A program made the position numbers and the translations under genes. A DNA stretch of 64,000 bases from Candidatus Nomurabacteria bacterium (lineage in GTDB: Bacteria > Patescibacteriota > Minisyncoccia > Phycocordibacterales > UBA9973), in NCBI GenBank assembly GCA_943359485.1, contig CALRHR010000002.1, positions 24,992-88,991 on the forward strand. The letters run 5' to 3'. Positions within the stretch are counted from its first letter, which is position 1, and every line of letters begins with the position of its first letter. Positions 50,178 to 59,128 of this stretch are shown here, one piece after another. Below the pieces are notes generated by a model that saw only the letters and a list, made by a program, of their open reading frames with translations, did no database searches and had not been told where the DNA came from.

Positions 50178-51026
50178 ATGCAAAAAAAAATTATTTTAAA
50201 TTCTCCACGGCTTTTGGAATTAAAAAAGCATAAACGAAAGATTTTTTTGAGTAAATTCTGTTTCGTGCTTATTGGGCTGATAATAATTTTTGTTGGTCTT
50301 GGATTTCTATCTCGGATAAACAGATTAAATATCACGAATATTAATATTAATGGTAATAAAATAGTGGAGGTTGAAGAAATAAAAGAAAAAGTGGACCAAA
50401 ACCTTTTAGGTTATTATTTATGGCTTTTTCCAAAAACAAATATATTTTTCTATCCGAAAAGTAAAATAATACAAAGTTTATCCACAGAAATCAAAAGATT
50501 AAAAGATATCAACCTCACTATTAATGACAGTGGGACGCTGGAGGTTTTAGTTAAAGAGCGCACTGGTTTGTATACCTGGTGTGGTGTAATATTTGAGCCG
50601 GTTAGTGATAAAAGTAGTATGTGTTATTTTTTAGACGAAGATGGTTTTATGTTTGATGAGGCACCGTATTTTTCAGGGGAAGTTTATTTTAAATTTTATG
50701 GGGAAACAGTCGATTCTTATTTTGCAAAAAATAATTTTACTAAATTAGTTTTATTTAAAGAGATCTTGCAGCAAATGGGGTTAAAACCTGTCATGCTATA
50801 TAAAATGGGGAACAGTGATGTTAAAATTTTACTTTCAGCCACAAAATTCTCTACTACTAACCCGGAAATAATTTTCAAAACAGATGCTGATTTAGACATT
50901 ATGGCTGAAAATTTAGATGCTGCTCTAGACACTGAACCATTAAAAACCGATTTCCCAAAAAAGTATTCCTCACTTTTGTATATTGATTTACGGTATGGAA
51001 ATAAAGTAGTCTACAAATTCAAGTGA
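50178..51026 (+). CDS. Membrane-anchored FtsQ/DivIB-like (POTRA) protein
   Basis: N-terminal TM anchor (FCFVLIGLIIIFVGLGFL) followed by an ITNININGNKIVEVEEIKEKV POTRA-like start. The start was moved to ATG 50178. Confidence 0.4.
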   Translation: MQKKIILNSPRLLELKKHKRKIFLSKFCFVLIGLIIIFVGLGFLSRINRLNITNININGNKIVEVEEIKEKVDQNLLGYYLWLFPKTNIFFYPKSKIIQSLSTEIKRLKDINLTINDSGTLEVLVKERTGLYTWCGVIFEPVSDKSSMCYFLDEDGFMFDEAPYFSGEVYFKFYGETVDSYFAKNNFTKLVLFKEILQQMGLKPVMLYKMGNSDVKILLSATKFSTTNPEIIFKTDADLDIMAENLDAALDTEPLKTDFPKKYSSLLYIDLRYGNKVVYKFK

Positions 51027-52066
51027 GTAATTTCTGGGAAAAACTTAAAAAACCAATTTTTGCCCTAGCGCCAATGGCTGATGTTACTGACTGCGCTTTC
51101 AGACAAATAATTGCAAAATACGGCAAACCGGATATTTTCTGGACTGAATTCGTTTCAGCGGATGGCCTCGCTCATCCTATAGCCAGAGAAAAACTTTTGA
51201 TTGATTTAAAATATGGAGAGAATGAAAGGCCTATCGTGGCGCAAATTTTCGGAGGGAAGCCGGAGAATATAAAAATTGCCGCGGCCTTATGCAAAGATCT
51301 TGGCTTTGATGGTATAGACATAAATATGGGTTGCCCAGATAAGTCTGTTGAAAAGCAGTGCGCTGGCGCCGCGATGATGAAAAATCCCAAATTAGCTCGA
51401 GAAATTATTCGTGCAGCGCGCGAGGGTGGAGGCGGACTGCCGATTTCCGTGAAAACTCGGGTTGGTTATAATAGAAACGAAATTGAAACTTGGATTCCAG
51501 AACTTTTAAAAGAAAATTTAGCGGCGCTTACTGTGCATCTGCGTACTCGTAAAGAAATGTCGGATGTGCCGGCGCATTGGGAGATGATGAAAAGAATTGT
51601 AGAAATACGGGATGAGATGGGTGTGGAGACTTTAATTTTAGGAAATGGAGACATTATGAATTTAAAAGAAGCCGAAGAAAAAGTAAAAGAAACTGGATGC
51701 GATGGAGTGATGCTCGGTCGAGCAATTTTTGGGAATCCATTTTTATTCGCCCCCTGTGAAGGGGGAGATGCCAAAGGCAGAGGGGGTAAAGATGAAAAAA
51801 GAAAACTTGAAGTACTAATCGAGCACACAAAGCTTTTTGAAGAAATGCTTGGGAACAACCCCCTTCGCCCTCGCTACGCCAAGGCTACGCCGGGCGAGCA
51901 AGGCTTCGGCGGGTCAAGTAAAAATTTTGCTATTATGAAAAAGCATTTCAAGGCTTATGTCAATGGTTTTGACGGCGCCAAAGAACTGCGCATGAAATTA
52001 ATGGAGACTGAAAATGCTGCACAAGTAGAAGAAATAGTAAGTGATTTTTTAACCCGCCTTCGCTAA
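51023..52066 (+). CDS. dus: tRNA-dihydrouridine synthase
   Basis: ALAPMADVTDCAFRQI, INMGCP, and VMLGR. It contains two GC-rich in-frame inserts (APCEGGDAKGRGGKD and NPLRPRYAKATPGEQGFGGSS). Confidence 0.85.
   Translation: MSNFWEKLKKPIFALAPMADVTDCAFRQIIAKYGKPDIFWTEFVSADGLAHPIAREKLLIDLKYGENERPIVAQIFGGKPENIKIAAALCKDLGFDGIDINMGCPDKSVEKQCAGAAMMKNPKLAREIIRAAREGGGGLPISVKTRVGYNRNEIETWIPELLKENLAALTVHLRTRKEMSDVPAHWEMMKRIVEIRDEMGVETLILGNGDIMNLKEAEEKVKETGCDGVMLGRAIFGNPFLFAPCEGGDAKGRGGKDEKRKLEVLIEHTKLFEEMLGNNPLRPRYAKATPGEQGFGGSSKNFAIMKKHFKAYVNGFDGAKELRMKLMETENAAQVEEIVSDFLTRLR
51747..51787 (+). repeat. GC-rich palindromic mini-element, family E/F, inserted in frame in dus
   Basis: tcgccccctgtgaagggggagatgccaaaggcagagggggta is near-identical to 28182-28226. 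Confidence 0.65.
51857..51915 (+). repeat. Second GC-rich element inserted in frame in dus
   Basis: acccccttcgccctcgctacgccaaggctacgccgggcgagcaaggcttcggcgggtc shares cccttcgccct with the dnaX element. Confidence 0.55.
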
Positions 52067-52107
52067 AAGCTATGGCGAGGCAAGATAAAATTTGCTAAGA
52101 TTAAACT

Positions 52108-53211
52108 ATGCACGATTTAGCACTATACAGAAAATATAGACCTAAAACTTTCAAAGAGGTTTTAGGGCAAGACCATATAGTAAAAGTCTTAGAAAGTTCA
52201 ATAGAAACGAATAAAGTTTCTCACGCCTACCTTTTTGTCGGCTCGCGTGGTACAGGCAAGACTTCTGTTGCCAGAATTTTTGCGAATGAAATTGGTGTAT
52301 CTCCAAATGACCTTTATGAAATTGATGCCGCTTCCAACAGGGGAATCGAGGACATAAAAGAACTGCGCGATGGCGCAAGAGTTCTGCCTTTTGATTCGAA
52401 ATACAAAATTTACATAATTGATGAAGTGCATATGCTTTCCAAAGACGCCTGGGGCGCGCTCTTGAAAACTCTCGAAGAACCACCCAAGCATGTAATTTTT
52501 ATTTTGGCGACAACCGAACTCCAAAAAGTTCCAGAGACGATAATTTCTCGTTGTCAGGTTTTTTCTTTTAAAAAAGCGTCGGACGCAATCTGTAAAAAAA
52601 TGTTGATTGATGTAGCCAAGAGTGAGGGCTTCGAACTCGATCCCGGAAGCGCTGAGCTTTTGACAATCTTAGCCGATGGGTCATTTCGTGATGGACTAGG
52701 AGAGCTACAGAAGGTCTTGAATTTTCACCCCACCCTTCGCCCTCCCCTTGTTAAGGGGAGGGTTGGGGAGGGGTCTAAAAAAATTACTCGAGAAGATGTG
52801 GAGAAAATAACCGGTGCGCCAAAGACGATCCTGGTGAATGATTTTATTTCAGCTATTGTCGAGAAAAATTTAGAAAGGGGAATTCAGACTGTTAAACATG
52901 CTTCGGAGATGAATTTAGATATGAAACTATATCTCAAACTTATTATCACAAAATTTCGCATGGCCATAATTCTTCGCTATGCGCCAAAACTCATAAGTGA
53001 CCCTTCGAATGAACTCAGGGCAAGCATGGCAGAGGATTTAAGTGAGACGGATTTGAATTTTTTGAAAACTTTAGTAAAAGAAGACCACGAAGGAATGATC
53101 CGTTCACCCGGGTTGGCGATACTGCTTGAAGCATATCAAAACATAGATTCGGCGTTTATCGCTGAGTTGCCACTCGAGCTTGCGTTGGTGAAGATTTTGG
53201 GGCAAGATTAA
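52108..53211 (+). CDS. dnaX: DNA polymerase III subunit gamma/tau (short form)
   Basis: YRPKTFKEVLGQDHIVKVL..HAYLFVGSRGTGKTSVARIFANE (Walker A), DEVHMLS, and the SRC motif (SRCQVFSF). It carries a ~17-aa GC-rich in-frame insert. Confidence 0.85.
   Translation: MHDLALYRKYRPKTFKEVLGQDHIVKVLESSIETNKVSHAYLFVGSRGTGKTSVARIFANEIGVSPNDLYEIDAASNRGIEDIKELRDGARVLPFDSKYKIYIIDEVHMLSKDAWGALLKTLEEPPKHVIFILATTELQKVPETIISRCQVFSFKKASDAICKKMLIDVAKSEGFELDPGSAELLTILADGSFRDGLGELQKVLNFHPTLRPPLVKGRVGEGSKKITREDVEKITGAPKTILVNDFISAIVEKNLERGIQTVKHASEMNLDMKLYLKLIITKFRMAIILRYAPKLISDPSNELRASMAEDLSETDLNFLKTLVKEDHEGMIRSPGLAILLEAYQNIDSAFIAELPLELALVKILGQD
52727..52775 (+). repeat. GC-rich palindromic mini-element, family C/D, inserted in frame in dnaX
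   Basis: caccccacccttcgccctccccttgttaaggggagggttggggaggggtc, with stem ccctcccc/ggggaggg. It is homologous to 60916-60966. Confidence 0.65.
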
Positions 53212-53225
53212 AAGAATAACTTAAT

Positions 53226-53296
53226 TTGGGATATCGTCTAATGGTAGGACAGAGGCCTTTGAAGCCTTTAATCGTGGTTCGAATCCATGTATCCCA
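53226..53296 (+). tRNA. tRNA-Gln (anticodon UUG)
   Basis: Hand fold: acceptor tgggata/tatccca, D-stem gtct/ggac, anticodon stem gaggc/gcctt with loop ctTTGaa, T-arm cgtgg-ttcgaat-ccatg. Confidence 0.7.
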
Positions 53297-53367
53297 GCAC
53301 TTCTTCGCCTTCGCATCAAGCTCCCAGTCGGTGTTTTTTAACCCAATAAGGTGTATAATGTAATTAT

Positions 53368-53721
53368 ATGATTATATTTTTTATAGTTGGACTGTCGCTG
53401 GGAGTGGTCTCTGTTATTTTTGCATTACAAAATACCGTAGTGGTAACAATTTCTTTTTTCTCTTGGCATTTCACGGGCTCTCTGGCTTTAATTTTATTAA
53501 TAACTATTACTTCCGGAATACTCATTACCACACTTCTCTTACTTCCAGAATTTATTAACAACTATCTTAAATATAAAAATTTAAAAAAAGAAAATAAAGA
53601 TCTTGCTGAAGAACTTCGAAAACAAAAAGAACTGACTGTTTTTGCTAAAAATACACCTCCAACTGAAGAAGAAATTTCAAAAATAGAACATGGGGCTGTT
53701 GATGATACAGTTCATCAATAA
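53368..53721 (+). CDS. LapA/YciS-like (DUF1049) small inner-membrane protein
   Basis: Two TM helices followed by a charged helical tail (KENKDLAEELRKQKEL). Confidence 0.45.
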   Translation: MIIFFIVGLSLGVVSVIFALQNTVVVTISFFSWHFTGSLALILLITITSGILITTLLLLPEFINNYLKYKNLKKENKDLAEELRKQKELTVFAKNTPPTEEEISKIEHGAVDDTVHQ

Positions 53722-53834
53722 AAAAAGTAGCCGGACGCAGAAATTAACCCTTATTTTCTGACAAAGTGGTTCCAACTTCGCACCAAACAGCAACAGCAAA
53801 TGAATTTTAAGTTTATTTTTGTTATACTATTCTC

Positions 53835-54206
53835 ATGATTAAAAGAATAGATTTAGTTAAAGCATTTCATAAAAAATTCAAAGCCCCTGTACTTAAAAAG
53901 CCATCATTAATTCCAAAAGATAGGTCAAACTTTAGATACGAGTTAATGAAAGAAGAAGTGGAAGAATACCTGCTTGGAGTCAAGAATGGCGACTTAGAAA
54001 ACATAGCAAAAGAATTAGTAGATATACTGTATGGAGTATACGGAACCATTCTTGAACATGGGTTACAAGATAAGATAGACGCAGTGTTTAAAGAAGTGCA
54101 TCTTTCCCATATGAGTAAAGATTATAGTAAATATAAAATGATAAAGGGCAAGAATTACTTTAAACCCAAACTTAAGAAGATTTTAGGTAGATATGCAAAA
54201 AATTAA
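53835..54206 (+). CDS. MazG-like nucleotide pyrophosphohydrolase-family protein
   Basis: The helical EE..E pattern R..L.KEEVEEYL.....GDLENIAKELVDILYGVYGT resembles the MazG/HisE all-alpha NTP-PPase core. Confidence 0.4.
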   Translation: MIKRIDLVKAFHKKFKAPVLKKPSLIPKDRSNFRYELMKEEVEEYLLGVKNGDLENIAKELVDILYGVYGTILEHGLQDKIDAVFKEVHLSHMSKDYSKYKMIKGKNYFKPKLKKILGRYAKN

Positions 54207-54486
54207 TTTTGGAAAATTAAAAGGCACTTTGTTTCAGAAAAAAGTCTGGAGAGAAATTTTGAAAATTCCAAAAGGGGAAACCATAACTTACAAAGAACTT
54301 GCGAGAAAGATTGGTAAACCTCTAGCCGTACGAGTGGTGGAAAATGCCGTCGGGGCAAATCCACTTCCGATAACTATTCCTTGTCATCGAGTCATTCGGA
54401 GTGATGGAGCCTTGGGTGGATATTCGGGAAAGGGTGGAGCTAAAATCAAGAAAACTCTTTTACGCAAAGAAGGTGTTATAATTTAA
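54193..54486 (+). CDS. ogt: Methylated-DNA--protein-cysteine methyltransferase, C-terminal (active-site) domain only
   Basis: TYKELARKIGKPLAVRVVENAVGANPLPITIPCHRVIRSDGALGGY contains the PCHRV active-site motif. 97 aa. Confidence 0.75.
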   Translation: MQKINFGKLKGTLFQKKVWREILKIPKGETITYKELARKIGKPLAVRVVENAVGANPLPITIPCHRVIRSDGALGGYSGKGGAKIKKTLLRKEGVII

Positions 54487-54491
54487 CTCTC

Positions 54492-55061
54492 ATGAATATA
54501 ATAACGACCACAGATGCCAAAGACCCTTCCGAATTTATTGCATCTAAAATTTTAAAACAACTGGAACAGGGCAAAAAAGTTTTGTGGCTTATCCCGGGCG
54601 GATCGGCGGAGAAGGTAGCTCTACTCTCAATAGAGACGATTTCTCGACATCCGCATGAAAATTTAACAGTCAGCTTAACCGACGAGAGATTGGGTAAAGT
54701 CGGACATCAGGATTCCAACTGGCGGGAGTGGAATTTGCCCGAAGCGAAGCTCATACCGGTTTTAGGTACAGGAAATTGGCTTAAAGTTTTAGCACGGGAA
54801 ATTGAAAATAATGATTACAAAATAGGACTCTTTGGTATAGGCGAAGATGGTCATACTGCCGGTTTGCTACCTGAAAAAAGTGTGTCAAAATGGAAAAGGG
54901 TCAGCATAACTCCCGAACTCATTAAAAAACTAGACGAAGCAGTTTTGTATGCAGAAGGGAAAAACAAACAGCCTATTTTGGACAGTTTCCAAAAAGGGAT
55001 GTCCATGCCAGCTCAAGTTTTAAAAGAAGTTCCTAAGCTTAAAATTTTTTATGCCAAATAA
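54492..55061 (+). CDS. pgl: 6-phosphogluconolactonase (compact)
   Basis: WLIPGGSAEKV...LTDERLG...GIGEDGHTAGLLPE is typical of the Pgl/NagB superfamily. It sits directly upstream of zwf. Confidence 0.65.
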   Translation: MNIITTTDAKDPSEFIASKILKQLEQGKKVLWLIPGGSAEKVALLSIETISRHPHENLTVSLTDERLGKVGHQDSNWREWNLPEAKLIPVLGTGNWLKVLAREIENNDYKIGLFGIGEDGHTAGLLPEKSVSKWKRVSITPELIKKLDEAVLYAEGKNKQPILDSFQKGMSMPAQVLKEVPKLKIFYAK

Positions 55062-56070
55062 TAAAACAACTTATGTAATTTTCGGCGCTTCTGGAGACTT
55101 AGCTAAACGCTACCTGTTTCCTGCACTTAAAAATATGAATTTTGAAGGCGCAGTTGTTCCTGTTTCTAGAAAGGATTACGGAAATTTAAAAAATTTAGTT
55201 AAAGGGGAAGGGGAAAAAATATTTCATTTAGCCATTCCACCCGAAGCAGTTAGTGACGCGGTAAAACTAATCAGCGATAATTTTGGAAATGTAGGTATTA
55301 AAATATTACTAGAGAAACCATTTGGAGGGGGTCTAAAGTCAGCACAGGATTTAATCAAACATATTGCTAAATATTTTAAGGAAGATCAGATATTTAGAGT
55401 TGATCATTATTTAGCCAAGCAATCACTTCATGCTGTAATAACTGAAACATGGAGTAAAGATGATGTATTTAGTATCGAAATTGTCGCCAGTGAGAAAATA
55501 GATATCGAGGGACGGATAAATTTTTACGAACAAACTGGCGCGCTTAAAGACTTTGTGCAGAGCCATCTCCTCGAGATGACGGCTGTGGTTTTGTCGGGGT
55601 CATTTGAAACAGCCCGTAGATATGAAGCTTTACAAAAAGCTTCTGTCGTTTGTGATATAACCAAAGAAAAATGCGTCAAGCGCGGGCAGTATGAGGGTTA
55701 CAGGCAAGAAGTTGGGAATAGAGAAAGTATGACGGAAACTTTTGTCTACATAAACACAGCATCAAATGATCCCAGATGGAGAGGTGTACAAATACTACTC
55801 ACTACCGGCAAAGGTTTGGCCGAAAAATTGACCCAAATTAAAATTACATATAAAAATGGAACCGTTAGGGTTTTTGATATTAAACATGAACCGAATGCCT
55901 ACCAGCGGGTAATTTCTGCGGCTATAGAAGGGAATCACGACTTATTTATCGGGAGCGGTGAAGTACTCGAGAGTTGGCGGATTTTGGATGCGATTATGCA
56001 GACTTGGAAAAACTCAAAAGATGATTTAATAATTTATCCCAAAGGCAGTTACATTAATGACATAAAGTAG
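55051..56070 (+). CDS. zwf: Glucose-6-phosphate dehydrogenase (compact, 339 aa)
   Basis: YVIFGASGDLAKRYLFPAL (NAD(P)-binding), the EKPFG region, and RVDHYLAKQ, which corresponds to the conserved RIDHYLGK active-site motif. Confidence 0.78.
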   Translation: MPNNKTTYVIFGASGDLAKRYLFPALKNMNFEGAVVPVSRKDYGNLKNLVKGEGEKIFHLAIPPEAVSDAVKLISDNFGNVGIKILLEKPFGGGLKSAQDLIKHIAKYFKEDQIFRVDHYLAKQSLHAVITETWSKDDVFSIEIVASEKIDIEGRINFYEQTGALKDFVQSHLLEMTAVVLSGSFETARRYEALQKASVVCDITKEKCVKRGQYEGYRQEVGNRESMTETFVYINTASNDPRWRGVQILLTTGKGLAEKLTQIKITYKNGTVRVFDIKHEPNAYQRVISAAIEGNHDLFIGSGEVLESWRILDAIMQTWKNSKDDLIIYPKGSYINDIK

Positions 56071-56103
56071 ATAAACCTATTAATTGACTCGAAATATTTT
56101 TCC

Positions 56104-57600
56104 ATGTATAGTGAAACCAAGATGAAGAAAAATACCAACTCTAAAAACCTAAAAAACTTAGGGCAAGGATTAACATTTGACGATGTGCTTTTGGTGCCAA
56201 ATCATAGTGAAGTTTTACCGCGCAATGTCATTACAAAAACCCGCCTGACGAAAAATATAGCTCTCCATATTCCTCTGATGTCCGCGGCAATGGACACAGT
56301 GACTGAGGGAGCTATGGCCATAGCCATGGCAGAGCAAGGTGGTATTGGCATCATTCATAAAAATTTATCGATCGAAGATCAGGCTAAGGAAGTCGAACGA
56401 GTAAAGCGTTATGAATCTGGCCGAATATCAAATCCAATTACTCTCACGGTGGGGCAGACGGTGGGAGATGTTTTGAAAATAAAAGCCAAATATCATTTTG
56501 GAGGATTCCCTGTTTTAGATAAGAGTGGTAAGTTGGTGGGCATTATTACGAATCGCGATCTTCGATTTCAAAAAAATAACTCTACTTTGGTAGAGAAAAT
56601 TATGACAATCAAGCTTGTTACCGGCGGACCACACACAACCATTGAAGAAGCCAATGACTTATTTCAAAAATACGGTATTGAAAAACTTCCACTCGTAGAT
56701 AAGATGGGTAAATTAGTCGGGCTGATTACCTATCGTGATACGGAAAAAAGCAAAGAACACCCAAACGCTACCAAGGACAAAGAAGGAAGGCTTTGCGTAG
56801 GGGCGGCAGTAGGCGCGGGCAGTGATGTTCTCTCTCAAGTTGAAGCCCTTGTTAAAGCTGGGATAGACATTATATGTGTAGACACAGCTCATGGACATTC
56901 CAAGGGTGTGATTGAAACAGTAAAAAAAATTCGTAAAGCTTATCCAAAACTCGACATTATTGCTGGAAATATCGCTACCGGCGAAGCCGCGCTCGCGCTT
57001 ATAACTGCTGGAGCGAATGCGGTAAAAGTCGGCATTGGTCCTGGTTCGATTTGTACCACGCGGGTTGTCTCAGGCGTCGGAGTACCACAACTCTCTGCTG
57101 TTTCTTCTGTGTATGAAGTTTGTAAGAAATTAAATATTCCAGTTATTGCTGACGGCGGGATAAAACATAGCGGAGATGTGGTCAAGGCTCTCGCTTTTGG
57201 CGCCGATGTAGTAATGGGTGGCAGTATGTTTGCTGGGACAGATGAATCTCCGGGCGACATAATTACACTAAACGACCAAAAATTTAAAAAATATCGAGGC
57301 ATGGGTAGTCTCGGCGCGATGCAGAGAGGTTCCAAGGATCGTTATTTTCAAGAAGATCAGTATGATCTGACCAAGCTCGTACCCGAAGGTGTTTCTGGGC
57401 ATGTGTCTTATAAAGGCCCAGTATCTGGTATAATTCATCAATACATTGGTGGACTTCGCGCAGGCATGGGCTATCTGGGAGCCGAAAACATTCAAACTAT
57501 GCGCAACGCTTCTTTTTATACTATTACTTCGGCTGGCCTATCAGAAAGTCATATACATGATGTTTTTATGGTAAAGTCTGCGCCAAATTACAAGAAATAG
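56104..57600 (+). CDS. guaB: IMP dehydrogenase
   Basis: [14 protein letters not shown], a CBS pair, the catalytic [11 protein letters not shown] loop, and GGIKHSGD. Confidence 0.92.
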   Translation: MYSETKMKKNTNSKNLKNLGQGLTFDDVLLVPNHSEVLPRNVITKTRLTKNIALHIPLMSAAMDTVTEGAMAIAMAEQGGIGIIHKNLSIEDQAKEVERVKRYESGRISNPITLTVGQTVGDVLKIKAKYHFGGFPVLDKSGKLVGIITNRDLRFQKNNSTLVEKIMTIKLVTGGPHTTIEEANDLFQKYGIEKLPLVDKMGKLVGLITYRDTEKSKEHPNATKDKEGRLCVGAAVGAGSDVLSQVEALVKAGIDIICVDTAHGHSKGVIETVKKIRKAYPKLDIIAGNIATGEAALALITAGANAVKVGIGPGSICTTRVVSGVGVPQLSAVSSVYEVCKKLNIPVIADGGIKHSGDVVKALAFGADVVMGGSMFAGTDESPGDIITLNDQKFKKYRGMGSLGAMQRGSKDRYFQEDQYDLTKLVPEGVSGHVSYKGPVSGIIHQYIGGLRAGMGYLGAENIQTMRNASFYTITSAGLSESHIHDVFMVKSAPNYKK

Positions 57601-57634
57601 GTTTTAGTTGCTAGCTTCTAGGTTCTAGAAAAAA

Positions 57635-59065
57635 ATGAATAAAAATAAAAATTTAAAAGTTACCCCTTTAATTGGTCTACAATGGGGAGATGAAGGCAAG
57701 GGTAAGGGCGTAGCGCGCATCGCGTCGAGTTTATCGAAAAATGATTTAGTCACTAGATTCCAGGGTGGGAATAACGCAGGGCATACTATTTTTCACAAAG
57801 GCAAATCATATGTGTTTCAATTAATTCCTTCGGGTGTGTTCGGCAAGGTCAAGATTCACCTCGGCGCTGGAATGGTTATAAATCCCTACGCCTTTTTAAA
57901 AGAAACGGAAAGAATTCCGGAAGAAATTTCATTCTTATCACGGCTTTCTGTCTCACCTCATGCTGTACTGGTAATGCCGACACATCTATTTCTAGATTCT
58001 ATTTCTGAAAAGTCTAAAGGCAAGAAAAAAATTGGCTCGACCGGAAAAGGAATCTCGCCTTCATATACTGACCTAGTTATGCGTCGGGCTCTGCGCATTG
58101 GGGATATTTCACAACGAGACTTCAAAAATAGATATAAAATACTCCGCGATGAACATAAGAAAATTCTAAAAAATATTTTTCAGTATAAAGTTTCCGACAA
58201 GGAATTAAGAGAGAGTGAAAGAAATTTTTGGCAGGGAATAAAATTCATCCGCAGTCTTATAATTAAAAACTCAGCAGAACTAGTGGCAGAAACACTTGCA
58301 AAAAATGGGAAAGTTATCGCCGAAGGTGCGCAGGGGACTTTGCATGATATCAGATTCGGCAATTATCCATTTGTGACTTCTTCACATACCTTTGCCGGAG
58401 GGGTAGCTACTGGCTTGGGAATCCCGCCAGCTCTTATTGGCGGTTCAATTGGAATTTTAAAAGCATACTCGACGCGAGTTGGAGAAGGACCTTTCCCCAC
58501 AGAACTTGGGGGTGAAAAATCAGCGGTCTGGTGTAGAGATAAAAAAGTTATTGATGAAAAAGAGAAATTTCCACATCCCCAAATAGGCAGTATGCTAAAT
58601 AGTAAAGATGAATTCATACAGGGCGTGGCCCTCCGTAAGGCGGGATCAGAGATTGGCGCGGTCACAGGAAGACTGCGTCGCACTGGTTGGCTGGATATTC
58701 CTTTAGTTAAATTTGCTATGAAGATAAATAATACCACCGAACTTGTTCTGACCAAGCTGGATGTTTTTAACAACTTTAAAAAAATAAAAGTTTGTACGCA
58801 TTACATCATAGACGGTAAAGCAACTACAAAAATTCCATTTGATCTTTCGCGAGAAAAAATAAAGTGTATCTATAAGTCGTTTCCTATTTGGAAAGGGAAG
58901 TTGTCTGACTATCATGGTAAACCCACCCGACTGAACAGTCGTTCGGGCGAGCTTCCCAAAGAAGCCATAAATTACATAAAATATTTAGAAAAAACTCTCG
59001 GCGCCAAAATTATCTATGTCTGCACTGGTCCCGAAGAGCATGAGTGTATCGAACGGTATTGGTAG
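57635..59065 (+). CDS. purA: Adenylosuccinate synthetase
   Basis: GLQWGDEGKGK (P-loop), GGNNAGHT, TGKGISPSY, and GTTGRRCGWLD-like VTGRLRRTGWLD. Confidence 0.92.
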   Translation: MNKNKNLKVTPLIGLQWGDEGKGKGVARIASSLSKNDLVTRFQGGNNAGHTIFHKGKSYVFQLIPSGVFGKVKIHLGAGMVINPYAFLKETERIPEEISFLSRLSVSPHAVLVMPTHLFLDSISEKSKGKKKIGSTGKGISPSYTDLVMRRALRIGDISQRDFKNRYKILRDEHKKILKNIFQYKVSDKELRESERNFWQGIKFIRSLIIKNSAELVAETLAKNGKVIAEGAQGTLHDIRFGNYPFVTSSHTFAGGVATGLGIPPALIGGSIGILKAYSTRVGEGPFPTELGGEKSAVWCRDKKVIDEKEKFPHPQIGSMLNSKDEFIQGVALRKAGSEIGAVTGRLRRTGWLDIPLVKFAMKINNTTELVLTKLDVFNNFKKIKVCTHYIIDGKATTKIPFDLSREKIKCIYKSFPIWKGKLSDYHGKPTRLNSRSGELPKEAINYIKYLEKTLGAKIIYVCTGPEEHECIERYW

Positions 59066-59128
59066 AGATTAAAAGTTGAACCTAGCTCTGTGATGGTAAA
59101 ATACTATGAATTAGTATAATATACCTAT

